Assembly: GCA_965216755.1 (NCBI GenBank)
Contig: CBDCGL010000011.1
Coordinates: 64,001 to 128,000, forward strand
Direction of reading: 5' to 3'
Origin: Alphaproteobacteria bacterium
GTDB taxonomy: Bacteria; Pseudomonadota; Alphaproteobacteria; UBA7887
DNA length: 64,000 nucleotides
Shown here piece after piece: positions 1-8,925 of the stretch. Position 1 is the first letter of the stretch. Every line of letters begins with the position of its first letter. The translations under genes and the position numbers were made by a program. Under the pieces are notes generated by a model. The model was not told where the DNA came from and searched no databases. It saw only the letters and a program-made list of their open reading frames with translations.

Positions 1-86
1 CAGTCTGCGGGAAAACCATTGACAGTGCGACTTGTGACGACATTTTATGCGGCGTGCCGCATGGTACAACTCGTGAATGAAGGGCA

Positions 87-866
87 TTGGCTTTGGCGGA
101 AGTTCGATCAGTTTCGCGGGCTTTCGAACCGGCTGAGTGGGCAGTGCGCGTCGATCTAGCTGCTGCATTTCGCTTGGTCGATTTGTTTCAATGGTCGGAT
201 TTGCTTGCAACGCATTTATCTGCCCGTGTGCCCGGTGCTGATGACCATTTCCTCATCAATCCATTTGGGTTGTTCTTCGAGGAAATAACAGCATCGAAAT
301 TGGTCAAGGTCGATATGGCCGGCAGTGTTCTCGATGACACGCCGTATAGGGTTAACCCCGCTGGCCTTACGATTCACAGTGCGGTCCATATGGCACGGAC
401 GGACGTGAACTGTGTCATGCATACACACACCACTGCCGGCGTCTCCATTGCAACGCAGCGAGACGGACTGTTGCCCATCACGCAACATGGCATGGCAATT
501 ATCGCGCACACTGGCTACCATGACTATGAAGGCATTGCTACTGACCTTGATGGACGATCAAGCCTTGCGCACGACCTTGCCGACAACAATGTTTTAGTTC
601 TGCGCAATCATGGCCTTTTGGCCGTCGGGAAAACTGTCGGCGAGGCATTTATGTGGTTGTATCGTGCCGAACGCGCGTGTCGCATGCAGCTCGCGGTCCA
701 ACAATCCGGTGCCGAAATCACACCGATCCCGGACCGCATCCAGACCGCGACCATCGAACGAAATCAATTCAACAATTCGGATCACGGGTACCGACCCATC
801 GGCGAGCACGAATGGCCCGCGCTACGACGGAAATTGGATCGCATCGACGGTTCTTATCAGACTTAG
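87..866 (+). CDS. Class II aldolase/adducin family protein
   Basis: RVDLAAAFRL N-terminus, THLSAR, INPFGLFFEEITAS, HSAVH, HTH and NHG metal-binding motifs; TTG start. Confidence 0.92.
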   Translation: MALAEVRSVSRAFEPAEWAVRVDLAAAFRLVDLFQWSDLLATHLSARVPGADDHFLINPFGLFFEEITASKLVKVDMAGSVLDDTPYRVNPAGLTIHSAVHMARTDVNCVMHTHTTAGVSIATQRDGLLPITQHGMAIIAHTGYHDYEGIATDLDGRSSLAHDLADNNVLVLRNHGLLAVGKTVGEAFMWLYRAERACRMQLAVQQSGAEITPIPDRIQTATIERNQFNNSDHGYRPIGEHEWPALRRKLDRIDGSYQT

Positions 867-884
867 GAGCATCACGATAATTGT

Positions 885-1583
885 CTAAGGGTCGTAGCCG
901 GGCCCGCCGGGCCGCCATGCATAAGTGATGTCGGTTGGCACAGACGCGTCTTTTCGCGTGAGGCCTTGCTGACTCAATATCAGGCGAACGAGCGAAAACT
1001 GTTCACGACCCCAGAAAACTTCGCCATCTAACAAGATCGTTGGAACACCGAATACGCCAGCTGAATCAGCTTCAGCTTGGATGGATTGGAAGGCGCGCCG
1101 ACCTTCGTGGGCGGCATACGCGGCGAAGTCCGTCTTGTTGACGCCAATTTCCCGCAATACCCCGCCGATTTCGGTGATGCTCTCAATGTCCAGCTCGCGC
1201 CGCCAAAAACGTTCGTAGACGATGTCGTTGTATTGGCGCACCAGATCAAATTTCTTGGCGTAAAGAAGGCCGATGGCGGCGAGGGAGGAATCCCAAATCT
1301 TCTGCGTTCCGCGAATTGTCATACCTCGCAAGTTGGCATATCGCCGCGCATCCATATAAGTATAGCGTACCCGTCGCCATTGATAGGCCGTTCGATCCTC
1401 GGTCAGAACTTTGCGATCGTCATCGACTTCGGCCGAGCCCCGATAGCTCGCAATGTCAAGTGCGAGAGGTAACCAGTTCAGGTGGACATCAAAGTCTCGC
1501 TCAAACGTCCATAGAGGGTCGATCGCGAGATACGCATACGGGCTTTTGTGGTCGATATAGACGTCAATTGTCTTGGATACCAT
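885..1583 (-). CDS. DsbA family / 2-hydroxychromene-2-carboxylate isomerase-like (GST kappa-like) protein
   Basis: DHKSPYAYL N-terminal motif and GVFGVPT...FWGREQ C-terminal motif; start trimmed to ATG at 1583. Confidence 0.85.
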   Translation of the reverse strand: MVSKTIDVYIDHKSPYAYLAIDPLWTFERDFDVHLNWLPLALDIASYRGSAEVDDDRKVLTEDRTAYQWRRVRYTYMDARRYANLRGMTIRGTQKIWDSSLAAIGLLYAKKFDLVRQYNDIVYERFWRRELDIESITEIGGVLREIGVNKTDFAAYAAHEGRRAFQSIQAEADSAGVFGVPTILLDGEVFWGREQFSLVRLILSQQGLTRKDASVPTDITYAWRPGGPGYDP

Positions 1584-1627
1584 CTTTGAAGAATTCTCGA
1601 TTCTTGCGTGGGCACTTTCGCTGGCCC

Positions 1628-1666
1628 ATAACGTGCCACGCGAAAAGACGCCGCGTGGCACGTTAT
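1628..1666. repeat. Perfect 15-bp inverted repeat (hairpin), intergenic
   Basis: ATAACGTGCCACGCG-N9-CGCGTGGCACGTTAT between the SRPBCC and DsbA-like genes. Confidence 0.8.
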
Positions 1667-1716
1667 TTATCTCGGCAAGGGAACTTAGGGCTGCCGCAAT
1701 TCCGCACGACCAGTCG

Positions 1717-2250
1717 TCATTCCGAGAGCTCTTTGAGCCGCGCCAGGCTCGCGCTGTAGACTCCGGATAGAGCATTGGCCATACCGGCGCCGCCATCATC
1801 TGGAAATGCGGCAGGATCCATCGTTGTACGCCAGTGAACTTCTGCGGTTCCCGCGCGCGGTCCGGGAACGGCCCACACTGTCGACCGATATTTGGCTGTC
1901 GCCAATACGCTTTCGCTGATCACCTCATAGGTGTATGAAGTCGGGCCTTGCACGCTCATCACTTCTAGCAGTTCGCCCAATCCGTCCACATTAATGCGAC
2001 GCACTGTGCCCAATTGGCCAATTCCTTCGTCATACGCGCAAGTGGTGACCGGTGCGACCCATTTCGTCAGTGCGCAAAAAGTGCCGAACTCGGCCCATAT
2101 TGCGACGGGGCTTTCTTCGATCAAAATGGATTCGTGGATGGTTATCTGATCATCATAACGCATGTCGGCGGTGGCCGTACTCGACATACTCATCGCCATG
2201 ACAATCGCAATGAATCCACTCCATGGCGCAATTATTTCTCGCAAATACAT
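1717..2250 (-). CDS. Secreted SRPBCC/polyketide cyclase family protein (MxaD-like)
   Basis: Signal peptide ending TATA-D; WAEFGTFCALTKW, GTVRRI, SYTYEV and a C-terminal helix typical of SRPBCC; GGAGG RBS before ATG 2250. Confidence 0.75.
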   Translation of the reverse strand: MYLREIIAPWSGFIAIVMAMSMSSTATADMRYDDQITIHESILIEESPVAIWAEFGTFCALTKWVAPVTTCAYDEGIGQLGTVRRINVDGLGELLEVMSVQGPTSYTYEVISESVLATAKYRSTVWAVPGPRAGTAEVHWRTTMDPAAFPDDGGAGMANALSGVYSASLARLKELSE

Positions 2251-2463
2251 TCGTTCGCCTCCCTTTGAGGTGTCTTCGCTGATTTGATTGCGGATTTTCG
2301 AAGCCCGCACAATTACGGAAGGCTGCCGACCAGTCAATGTTTCGTGATTGGAGTTGGCCGCGTGGCCATTGAGAACATGGAGCAGTGTTGGACATCCAGA
2401 ATTGTGCACGGTTTGTCGATTGCTCGTATCATGCGATCGGCTATTGGTGGAAAGGACGATGAT

Positions 2464-3993
2464 GTGACCGGTTCTGTTGCAATTGGAGATCGGACCTTGA
2501 CCTTGACAGAGCTACATCGCCGCGCCTCATGCGTGGCGACAGGTCTGGCGGCGCTGGGGGTCGGGGCGGCCGATTCGGTCGCGATTTATCTGCGTAACGA
2601 TCTCGCGTTCTTAGAGGTGGTGCTGGGGGTCGGTTTGTTGGGCGCCTATTCGGTGCCGATCAACTGGCAATTCAAACGTGAAGAAGCCGGCTACGTGATC
2701 GCTGACTCCGGCGCGAAGGTACTGGTCGTGCATAGTGACCTGCTAGCGGAGGTCAAAGATACGGCGTCCGACGGGTTGCAGATATTGGTCGTCCCGACGC
2801 CAGTCGTAATTCGTGCCGCGTATGATATTGGCCCGGAAGCTACCCACGTCGCCGACGGGTTCACGGCATGGGATCCATGGCGCGAAGCCCATGAGCCGTG
2901 GCGTGGTCCGCCGGCATTGTCACCTGGAAGCATGATCTACACGTCTGGCACGACCGGACAACCGAAAGGCGTTCGCCGGATTCCGGCCGAAGTTGCTGAC
3001 CTCGAGTCCGCTTCTGCGCGCATTGCCAACGCCTTCGGTGCGCGACCTGGCATGAAGGCGATCATGACAGGACCGCTCTATCACAGCGCGCCGCTCGGAT
3101 ATGCGCGTGCTGTTCTGGGTGCCGGTGGTGGCCTGACATTGATGCCCAGGTTCGATGCCGAGAGCCTGCTGCGCCTGATCGAGGAACAGGGCGTTACGGA
3201 TATGCACATGGTCCCAACCATGTTTGTGCGCCTCTTGCGCCTGCCCGGCCACGTGCGACGCCACTATGACATTTCTTCCTTGCGCTATGTCATTCACGGC
3301 GCGGCGCCCTGTCCGCCAGACGTCAAGCGCCAAATGATCGACTGGTGGGGACCGGTGATCCACGAATATTATGGCTCGACCGAAGTCGGTTTAGCTACGG
3401 TTGTCGATAGTGCGGATTGGCTGAAACATCCCGGTACAGTTGGGCGACCTTTGACCGGCGTCAAAATACGGATTTATGCCAACGAGGGTTGGATACGAGC
3501 CCCGGGCCAGCAAGGTGAAATCTACGTTGGGCTCGAGTCTATAACGCCGTTTACGTATCACAACAATGACCAGAAGCGACGTGAAATTGAACGCGACGGC
3601 ATGGTGACCAATGGCGACATCGGTTATTTCGACGACGAGGGGTTCCTTTACCTCTGTGATCGTAAGATCGATATGGTGATATCCGGTGGCGTCAATATCT
3701 ATCCGGTTGAGGTCGAGAAAATTCTTGCACAGTTGGATGGCGTGCGTGACTGTGCCGTGTTCGGTGTCCCGGATCCCGAGTTCGGGGAAGTTCTTGCGGC
3801 TGCGATTGAGCCCGATAATGACCACGCTTTGACGGAAACTAGCGTTCGTCGATACCTAGCAGATCACTTAGCGAGCTATAAAATTCCGCGAGTTATTGCG
3901 TTTCATGACACTTTGCCGCGGGAGGACTCTGGTAAGCTCTTCAAGCGAAAATTGCGGGAGCCCTATTGGCGTGACGTGGACCGGCGGATCTAG
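2464..3993 (+). CDS. Acyl-CoA synthetase (AMP-binding)
   Basis: YTSGTTGQPKG, YGSTE, GDIG, DMVISGGVNIYP, SGKLFKR; GTG start after AAGGA. Confidence 0.93.
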   Translation: MTGSVAIGDRTLTLTELHRRASCVATGLAALGVGAADSVAIYLRNDLAFLEVVLGVGLLGAYSVPINWQFKREEAGYVIADSGAKVLVVHSDLLAEVKDTASDGLQILVVPTPVVIRAAYDIGPEATHVADGFTAWDPWREAHEPWRGPPALSPGSMIYTSGTTGQPKGVRRIPAEVADLESASARIANAFGARPGMKAIMTGPLYHSAPLGYARAVLGAGGGLTLMPRFDAESLLRLIEEQGVTDMHMVPTMFVRLLRLPGHVRRHYDISSLRYVIHGAAPCPPDVKRQMIDWWGPVIHEYYGSTEVGLATVVDSADWLKHPGTVGRPLTGVKIRIYANEGWIRAPGQQGEIYVGLESITPFTYHNNDQKRREIERDGMVTNGDIGYFDDEGFLYLCDRKIDMVISGGVNIYPVEVEKILAQLDGVRDCAVFGVPDPEFGEVLAAAIEPDNDHALTETSVRRYLADHLASYKIPRVIAFHDTLPREDSGKLFKRKLREPYWRDVDRRI

Positions 3994-4035
3994 TGATCCA
4001 GCGACGATGGTTGGAACCTAAGTTGGTTGCATTGG

Positions 4036-4416
4036 TCACCAGATAATTTTCTCCGGATCGCCTTTATAGAGGGACCGGATATAAGCAATGACCTTCCAAA
4101 TCTCATCTTCTGTGAGCTTCTTAGACCAGCCCACCATATTGGTGTCCTTGCGCCCTTTTGCGATGGCCCGAAATATTGTTTTGTCAGTGGGGCGATAAAC
4201 CCAATCATCATCAGTTAAGTTGGGCCCCACGGCGCCTTCCGCCGTTTCGCCATGACAACTATAGCATCCGGTTTTTGCCCACAGTTCTTGTCCGTCTTCA
4301 ATTGCGACAGGGTCACCGGTATACGGATTGGTTTCGACGGTTGGATCATCAGCCGCCTTGGCGACGGGGGCGAACGCCAAAACGGTCAGTGCGGATGCGA
4401 TAGCGGCACGTTTCAA
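4036..4416 (-). CDS. Periplasmic monoheme cytochrome c, cytochrome cL (MxaG)-like
   Basis: Signal peptide, NPYTGDPVAIEDG, CYSCH heme motif, GPNLTDDDWVY, C-terminal IRSLYKGDPEKIIW; AAGGAGG RBS before TTG 4416. Confidence 0.9.
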   Translation of the reverse strand: MKRAAIASALTVLAFAPVAKAADDPTVETNPYTGDPVAIEDGQELWAKTGCYSCHGETAEGAVGPNLTDDDWVYRPTDKTIFRAIAKGRKDTNMVGWSKKLTEDEIWKVIAYIRSLYKGDPEKIIW

Positions 4417-4459
4417 CTTGGTCCTCCTTCGGTTACCTTGGGGCGTCGGCGATGATAGG

Positions 4460-4484
4460 GCGGGGACGCGCATCACGCCCCCGC
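4460..4484 (-). other. GC-rich stem-loop between the PQQ dehydrogenase and cytochrome c genes
   Basis: Minus strand GCGGGGGCGTGATGCGCGTCCCCGC; no U-tract, so more likely an mRNA stability element than a terminator. Confidence 0.45.
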
Positions 4485-4519
4485 AACATTTAACTATCAG
4501 TTAGGCCACCATCAGGCCA

Positions 4520-6244
4520 TCATTGGCCGAAAAGGCCGAATACCATAAGATATCCACCTTTGCGGCTATCCTTGAGTTGCGGTGCACCGCCGCCGCCCAA
4601 AGTCGCCCAACCGGTCCATCCACCGAATCCTGCCGGAACGGCGACATATTGCGTGCCGTCTATCGCGTATGTCATGGGGCTACCAAAGATCCCCGTGCCA
4701 ACATTGAACGACCACAGTTCTTCGCCTGTGTCTTGTCGGTACACTTTGAAGTGGCCTTCGGGCGTACCTGCAAACAACAATCCACCGCCCGTCGTCAGAA
4801 GTCCGCTGGTGAAAGGCGATGGCGCTTTTACCGTCCAGACCTTGTCTCCTGTTTCGGCATCAAATGCGACAAGCTGGCCATAGCCCTTGTTCCATTTGAT
4901 TGTCCCAATGCCCCAATAGGGCGCACCGACTGTTCGTTCGGCCGGGTTCAAGCCTTCGCCAAGAGGTGCGCTCTTGATGTCGGTACAGATTTCCCGGCTC
5001 GGTACAAAGACCATATTTGTGTGGGGGTTGGCGGTCATCGGATTCCACCATTTCCCACCTTCCGAGGCCGGGCAAATATCTTTAGCTTCATAATCGTAAG
5101 CGGGGACCTTTTCCGGGTTGACAATCGGTCGACCATCGGCCTCGAAACCGGTCGCCCAATTGACTTTGGAAATCGGGACGCCATAGACAAATTCACTGTT
5201 TGTCCGATCGATGGCATACAAGAAACCGTTGCGGTCGCCATGCATCCACAGTTTCTTGTTCCCGACATCAAGCAACAGTGGTTCGTTGTTGCCGTCATAG
5301 TCCCAAACATCGTGCGGCGTGTACTGGAAGTAGTGCTTGATTTCGCCCGTGCTTGCGTCCAGCGCCAGCGTGGCATTCGAGTACAGATTGTCGCCGGGAC
5401 GATTGGTCCCGTCCCAATCAGGGTTCGGATTGCCAACACCCCAGTAGAGGGTGTCAAGTTCCGGGTCATACGATCCGGTGATCCATGCCGATGCACCACC
5501 ATTCATGGCCATGTCAGTCGAACCCCAGCTGTCATGGCCCGGTTCACCGGGGCCGGGGATCGTATATCGGCGCCAGGCTTGTTCGCCCGTTTCGGCATCC
5601 AACGCTTCGATAAACAAACGGGTCGGATATTCCGCGCCCGACAGGCCGACGACGACGTTGCCTTTGACGACCAACGGTGCGACGGTCATCGTGTAGGCCT
5701 CTTCCCAGTTCGCCAAATTGGTGTGCCACGCGACCTCACCGGTTTTTGAGTCAAGCGCGACAACGTCGGCGTCGGGCGTTGCGACATAGACCTTGTCGTG
5801 ATAAAGCGCGACGCCACGATTGCCGATGTCGCAGCACATCTTGCCGGCCACGCCCTCTGGCAATTCGTCAACATAACGCCAGATCTCTTCCCCGGTACGC
5901 GCGTCGATCGCGTAGGTCCGCCCATGCGACGCGGTGGCATACATCACGCCATTGTTCACAACCGGTGTGGTGTTTTGGGCATCGAGAACGCCAAACGAGA
6001 AAACCCATTTTGCGACAAGGCTGTTGACATTGTTGGCATTGATTTGGCTGAGCGGGCTATACCGCGTTCCGGCGTAGTCGCGTGGGGCCATCAGCCAATT
6101 GTTCGGATCTTGCCCCGCCTCAAGAAGCATTTCATCAGTCACGTAGTCTTGAGACGCGGCTGTTCCGAAATTAAACGCGAAAACTGTAGCTGCAACGGCG
6201 GCCACGCCCGCTCTCTTTGTCTTCCAAGATGCTGGACGATTCAT
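4520..6244 (-). CDS. PQQ-dependent dehydrogenase, methanol/ethanol family (type I), putatively lanthanide-dependent
   Basis: Signal peptide, RYSPLSQIN, vicinal CC (MCCDIGNRG), SGAEY, GNP, WDYDGNNE, Trp-docking repeats, no heme domain; start trimmed to ATG 6244. Confidence 0.93.
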   Translation of the reverse strand: MNRPASWKTKRAGVAAVAATVFAFNFGTAASQDYVTDEMLLEAGQDPNNWLMAPRDYAGTRYSPLSQINANNVNSLVAKWVFSFGVLDAQNTTPVVNNGVMYATASHGRTYAIDARTGEEIWRYVDELPEGVAGKMCCDIGNRGVALYHDKVYVATPDADVVALDSKTGEVAWHTNLANWEEAYTMTVAPLVVKGNVVVGLSGAEYPTRLFIEALDAETGEQAWRRYTIPGPGEPGHDSWGSTDMAMNGGASAWITGSYDPELDTLYWGVGNPNPDWDGTNRPGDNLYSNATLALDASTGEIKHYFQYTPHDVWDYDGNNEPLLLDVGNKKLWMHGDRNGFLYAIDRTNSEFVYGVPISKVNWATGFEADGRPIVNPEKVPAYDYEAKDICPASEGGKWWNPMTANPHTNMVFVPSREICTDIKSAPLGEGLNPAERTVGAPYWGIGTIKWNKGYGQLVAFDAETGDKVWTVKAPSPFTSGLLTTGGGLLFAGTPEGHFKVYRQDTGEELWSFNVGTGIFGSPMTYAIDGTQYVAVPAGFGGWTGWATLGGGGAPQLKDSRKGGYLMVFGLFGQ

Positions 6245-6390
6245 GATCGAGTGACTCCCAACATGATTTTTTGTGCTGACCCTGCTTTGAGCAGTCAATT
6301 CGGAAATGATAACGCGCACAATATCGTACACGGTCGGTTCATTTCGACCATGAGCTATGCGAGTCAGGCGCCGATTTCGCGTCTCCCGGG

Positions 6391-6765
6391 TTATTTTTCG
6401 GCTGCTAGCCGACAACGAGAGACCGCCGCTTCTGAAGCTCCAACCGTATGCACGCACTGGGACACATGAATCCGACATTGAGAAACAATTTTCCGTGCGC
6501 ACTCCCCCTTTCCCGCATGATGCCCGTAGCGCTCGCGCGTATAGGTCGGGAAGCTCTTGTGACACGTGTCGGCTGCGCTTCTCAATTCTTCGATAAGCAC
6601 CCGATAAGACTCATATAACGCTGTGCAATCAGAGATTGATACCGGCGGAGTCGGATCGAGCGGGAGAGCGACAGCGCTGTGGGCCCTTTCGTCCGCTGCT
6701 GATGTAGCGAAGGAGACCCGAACGAGGATCAAGACGCCAATGGTGCTGGGTGAGAAGGAACGCAC
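6391..6765 (-). CDS. Hypothetical secreted six-cysteine protein
   Basis: Signal-like N-terminus, six Cys in the mature part, fills the intergenic gap co-oriented upstream of the PQQ dehydrogenase. Confidence 0.5.
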   Translation of the reverse strand: MRSFSPSTIGVLILVRVSFATSAADERAHSAVALPLDPTPPVSISDCTALYESYRVLIEELRSAADTCHKSFPTYTRERYGHHAGKGECARKIVSQCRIHVSQCVHTVGASEAAVSRCRLAAEK

Positions 6766-6875
6766 GGATCAGCCCTTGTTTGCCAAATACGATCAATCTT
6801 ATAGCATGACGTGGGGGACGGAGACGGCACAGTCGGGCCGTGCCGAGGCGGATGAAACTGTGAGAACTTGTTGAA

Positions 6876-8495
6876 ATGACAGCGGTAGTGGAATCGCGCG
6901 ATACGGCTGACGTACTGATTGTCGGAGCCGGCGCCTCCGGTGCGGTGGCGGCGAAGCATCTGGTTGAAGCCGGTGTCAAAGTTGTCTGTTTGGAGCAGGG
7001 GCCACGGGTTGCGTCATCGGAATTCTTCGGTGACAAGCCGGAATGGGAACTGACATCGCAGCGGCAATGGCATCCGAATCCTAACGTTCGTCGGTTGGCC
7101 CAGGACTACCCGATCGACGTCTCGGAATCTGACGTGAACCCGCTGATGTTTAGCGCGGTCGGTGGCAGTACAATTATTTATGCGGCTCATTGGCAGCGTT
7201 TTATGCCATCTGATTTTAGGGTTAAGACTTTAGACGGCGTTGCTGATGACTGGCCATTTACATACGAAGATCTAGAGCCTTACTACGATCAAATGGACGT
7301 GGAGATGGGAGTATCGGGCCTTGCGGGTGACCCAGCATATCCACCAATGACGCCACCACCATTGCCGCCTTTGCCGATTGGGAAGATCGGGCGAAAGGCT
7401 GCACAGGGTATGAACGCGTTGGGGTGGCATTGGTGGCCGGCGTCGCAGGCCATCCCGTCACGAGCGTATCGCGGACGCAGCCAATGTGTGCGACGCGGCA
7501 CGTGCATGCAGGGGTGTCCGGAAGAAGCGAAAGGGTCCGTTGATTTGACCCATTGGCGAGATGCCGAAGCGCATGGTGCGCGAGTTGTGACCGGAGCTTG
7601 CGTGCGCGAAGTTACAGTCGATCGGCGCGGGCACGCGACCGGTGCGGTATACACCGATCGTGACGGCGTGGAACATCATCAACGCGCCGATAAAGTCATT
7701 GTTTGCTGTAATGGTATTGGTACGCCGCGCTTGCTGCTGAATTCAACGTCGAATCTGTTTCCAGATGGATTGGCGAACAGCTCGGGACTGGTCGGCAAGA
7801 ATTTGATGATGCATCCATTCGCGGCGGTGGTCGGTTATTTCGACGAGCCGTTGGACAGTTGGTTGGGTCCCGCCGGTCAGGCACTACATTCAATGCAATT
7901 CTACGAGACGGATGCCACGCGCGGGTTCGTTCGCGGTGCCAAATGGAACGCGATGCCAACCGGTGGTCCGCTTGGGATGCGATCAGCCTATGGCGGTGGC
8001 GCGTTGGAAGAAGCTTGGGGTGAGGCCCTCCATCGCGCGACGGCGAAACGGTTCGGCCGATCCTTCGAATGGGGGATCATCGCCGAAGACCTGCCCGACG
8101 AGAACAACCACGTCACTCTCGATGAGGCACTAACCGACCGGGACGGCAATCCAGCTCCCAGGGTTATTTACCGCAATTCAGAGAATACGCAGCGCTTGCT
8201 GCGATTCCATTTGGAAAAGGCAAAAGACGCTATGGCGGCTTCTGGTGCCTACGACACGTCAACGACCGAACTGATGCGCGATTGTGGTTGGCACTTGATG
8301 GGAACCTGCCGCATGGGTGAGAACCCGAAACGTGCTGTCGTCGATCAATGGGCGCGCGCGTACGATGTCCCCAACCTTTACATCTTTGACGGCAGCATTT
8401 TTGTCACGTCATCGGGTTTCAACCCGACAGGTACGATCTGCGCGGTGGCGTTGCGTTGTGTGCATCATATGATTGAGCAACGAGGTGCACCATGA
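6876..8495 (+). CDS. GMC family oxidoreductase (gluconate/glucoside dehydrogenase-like flavoprotein subunit)
   Basis: GAGASG FAD-binding motif, VGGST, Cx5Cx3C cluster, SSGLVGKNLMMH, HLMGTCRMG, NPT. Confidence 0.93.
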   Translation: MTAVVESRDTADVLIVGAGASGAVAAKHLVEAGVKVVCLEQGPRVASSEFFGDKPEWELTSQRQWHPNPNVRRLAQDYPIDVSESDVNPLMFSAVGGSTIIYAAHWQRFMPSDFRVKTLDGVADDWPFTYEDLEPYYDQMDVEMGVSGLAGDPAYPPMTPPPLPPLPIGKIGRKAAQGMNALGWHWWPASQAIPSRAYRGRSQCVRRGTCMQGCPEEAKGSVDLTHWRDAEAHGARVVTGACVREVTVDRRGHATGAVYTDRDGVEHHQRADKVIVCCNGIGTPRLLLNSTSNLFPDGLANSSGLVGKNLMMHPFAAVVGYFDEPLDSWLGPAGQALHSMQFYETDATRGFVRGAKWNAMPTGGPLGMRSAYGGGALEEAWGEALHRATAKRFGRSFEWGIIAEDLPDENNHVTLDEALTDRDGNPAPRVIYRNSENTQRLLRFHLEKAKDAMAASGAYDTSTTELMRDCGWHLMGTCRMGENPKRAVVDQWARAYDVPNLYIFDGSIFVTSSGFNPTGTICAVALRCVHHMIEQRGAP

Positions 8496-8917
8496 CCATT
8501 AGGCTGACAACTAAAGAAAGAGAGGCATTCGCCGCTTTAGCGAATGTACTCATTCCATCTGCTCATGGTATGCCAGCGGCGCCGGAGGTTGGTATCCAGG
8601 ACGAAGCTTTGGATCATGTCTTGTCTTTACGGCCAGAGCTCGCGAACGATCTCGTCCGTGGCATTCGAGCGCTGGGCGAGGGAAACGCCGCGGCGATCGC
8701 CGAAACCTTAAGTCGAGACGATCCGGCGGCGCTGGGCGCGATTGGTCTTGTTGCCGCGGCGGCCTATTACATGAACACAGACGTGCGCCAGCGCCTTGGT
8801 TATCGTGGCCAGGAAAGTCGCCCCGCCACCGATGACGAGGAACACGATTATCTTCGAGATGACCTCCTGCAACCGGTGATTGACCGGGGGCCAATTTTTC
8901 GACCGACTCCAAAATAG
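8492..8917 (+). CDS. Gluconate 2-dehydrogenase subunit 3-like small partner protein
   Basis: ATGA overlap with the GMC gene; LANVLIP...MPAA and AYY...LGY.G pattern. Confidence 0.7.
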   Translation: MTIRLTTKEREAFAALANVLIPSAHGMPAAPEVGIQDEALDHVLSLRPELANDLVRGIRALGEGNAAAIAETLSRDDPAALGAIGLVAAAAYYMNTDVRQRLGYRGQESRPATDDEEHDYLRDDLLQPVIDRGPIFRPTPK

Positions 8918-8925
8918 AGTCCGCG

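Noticed and set aside
19-46. TTGACA followed by CATTTT upstream of the aldolase gene
   Set aside because: The -10 match is poor and the context is cut by the window edge
4523-5749. 408-aa plus-strand ORF and many other long overlapping ORFs
   Set aside because: Antisense or alternate-frame shadows of well-supported genes in GC-rich DNA, with no recognisable motifs
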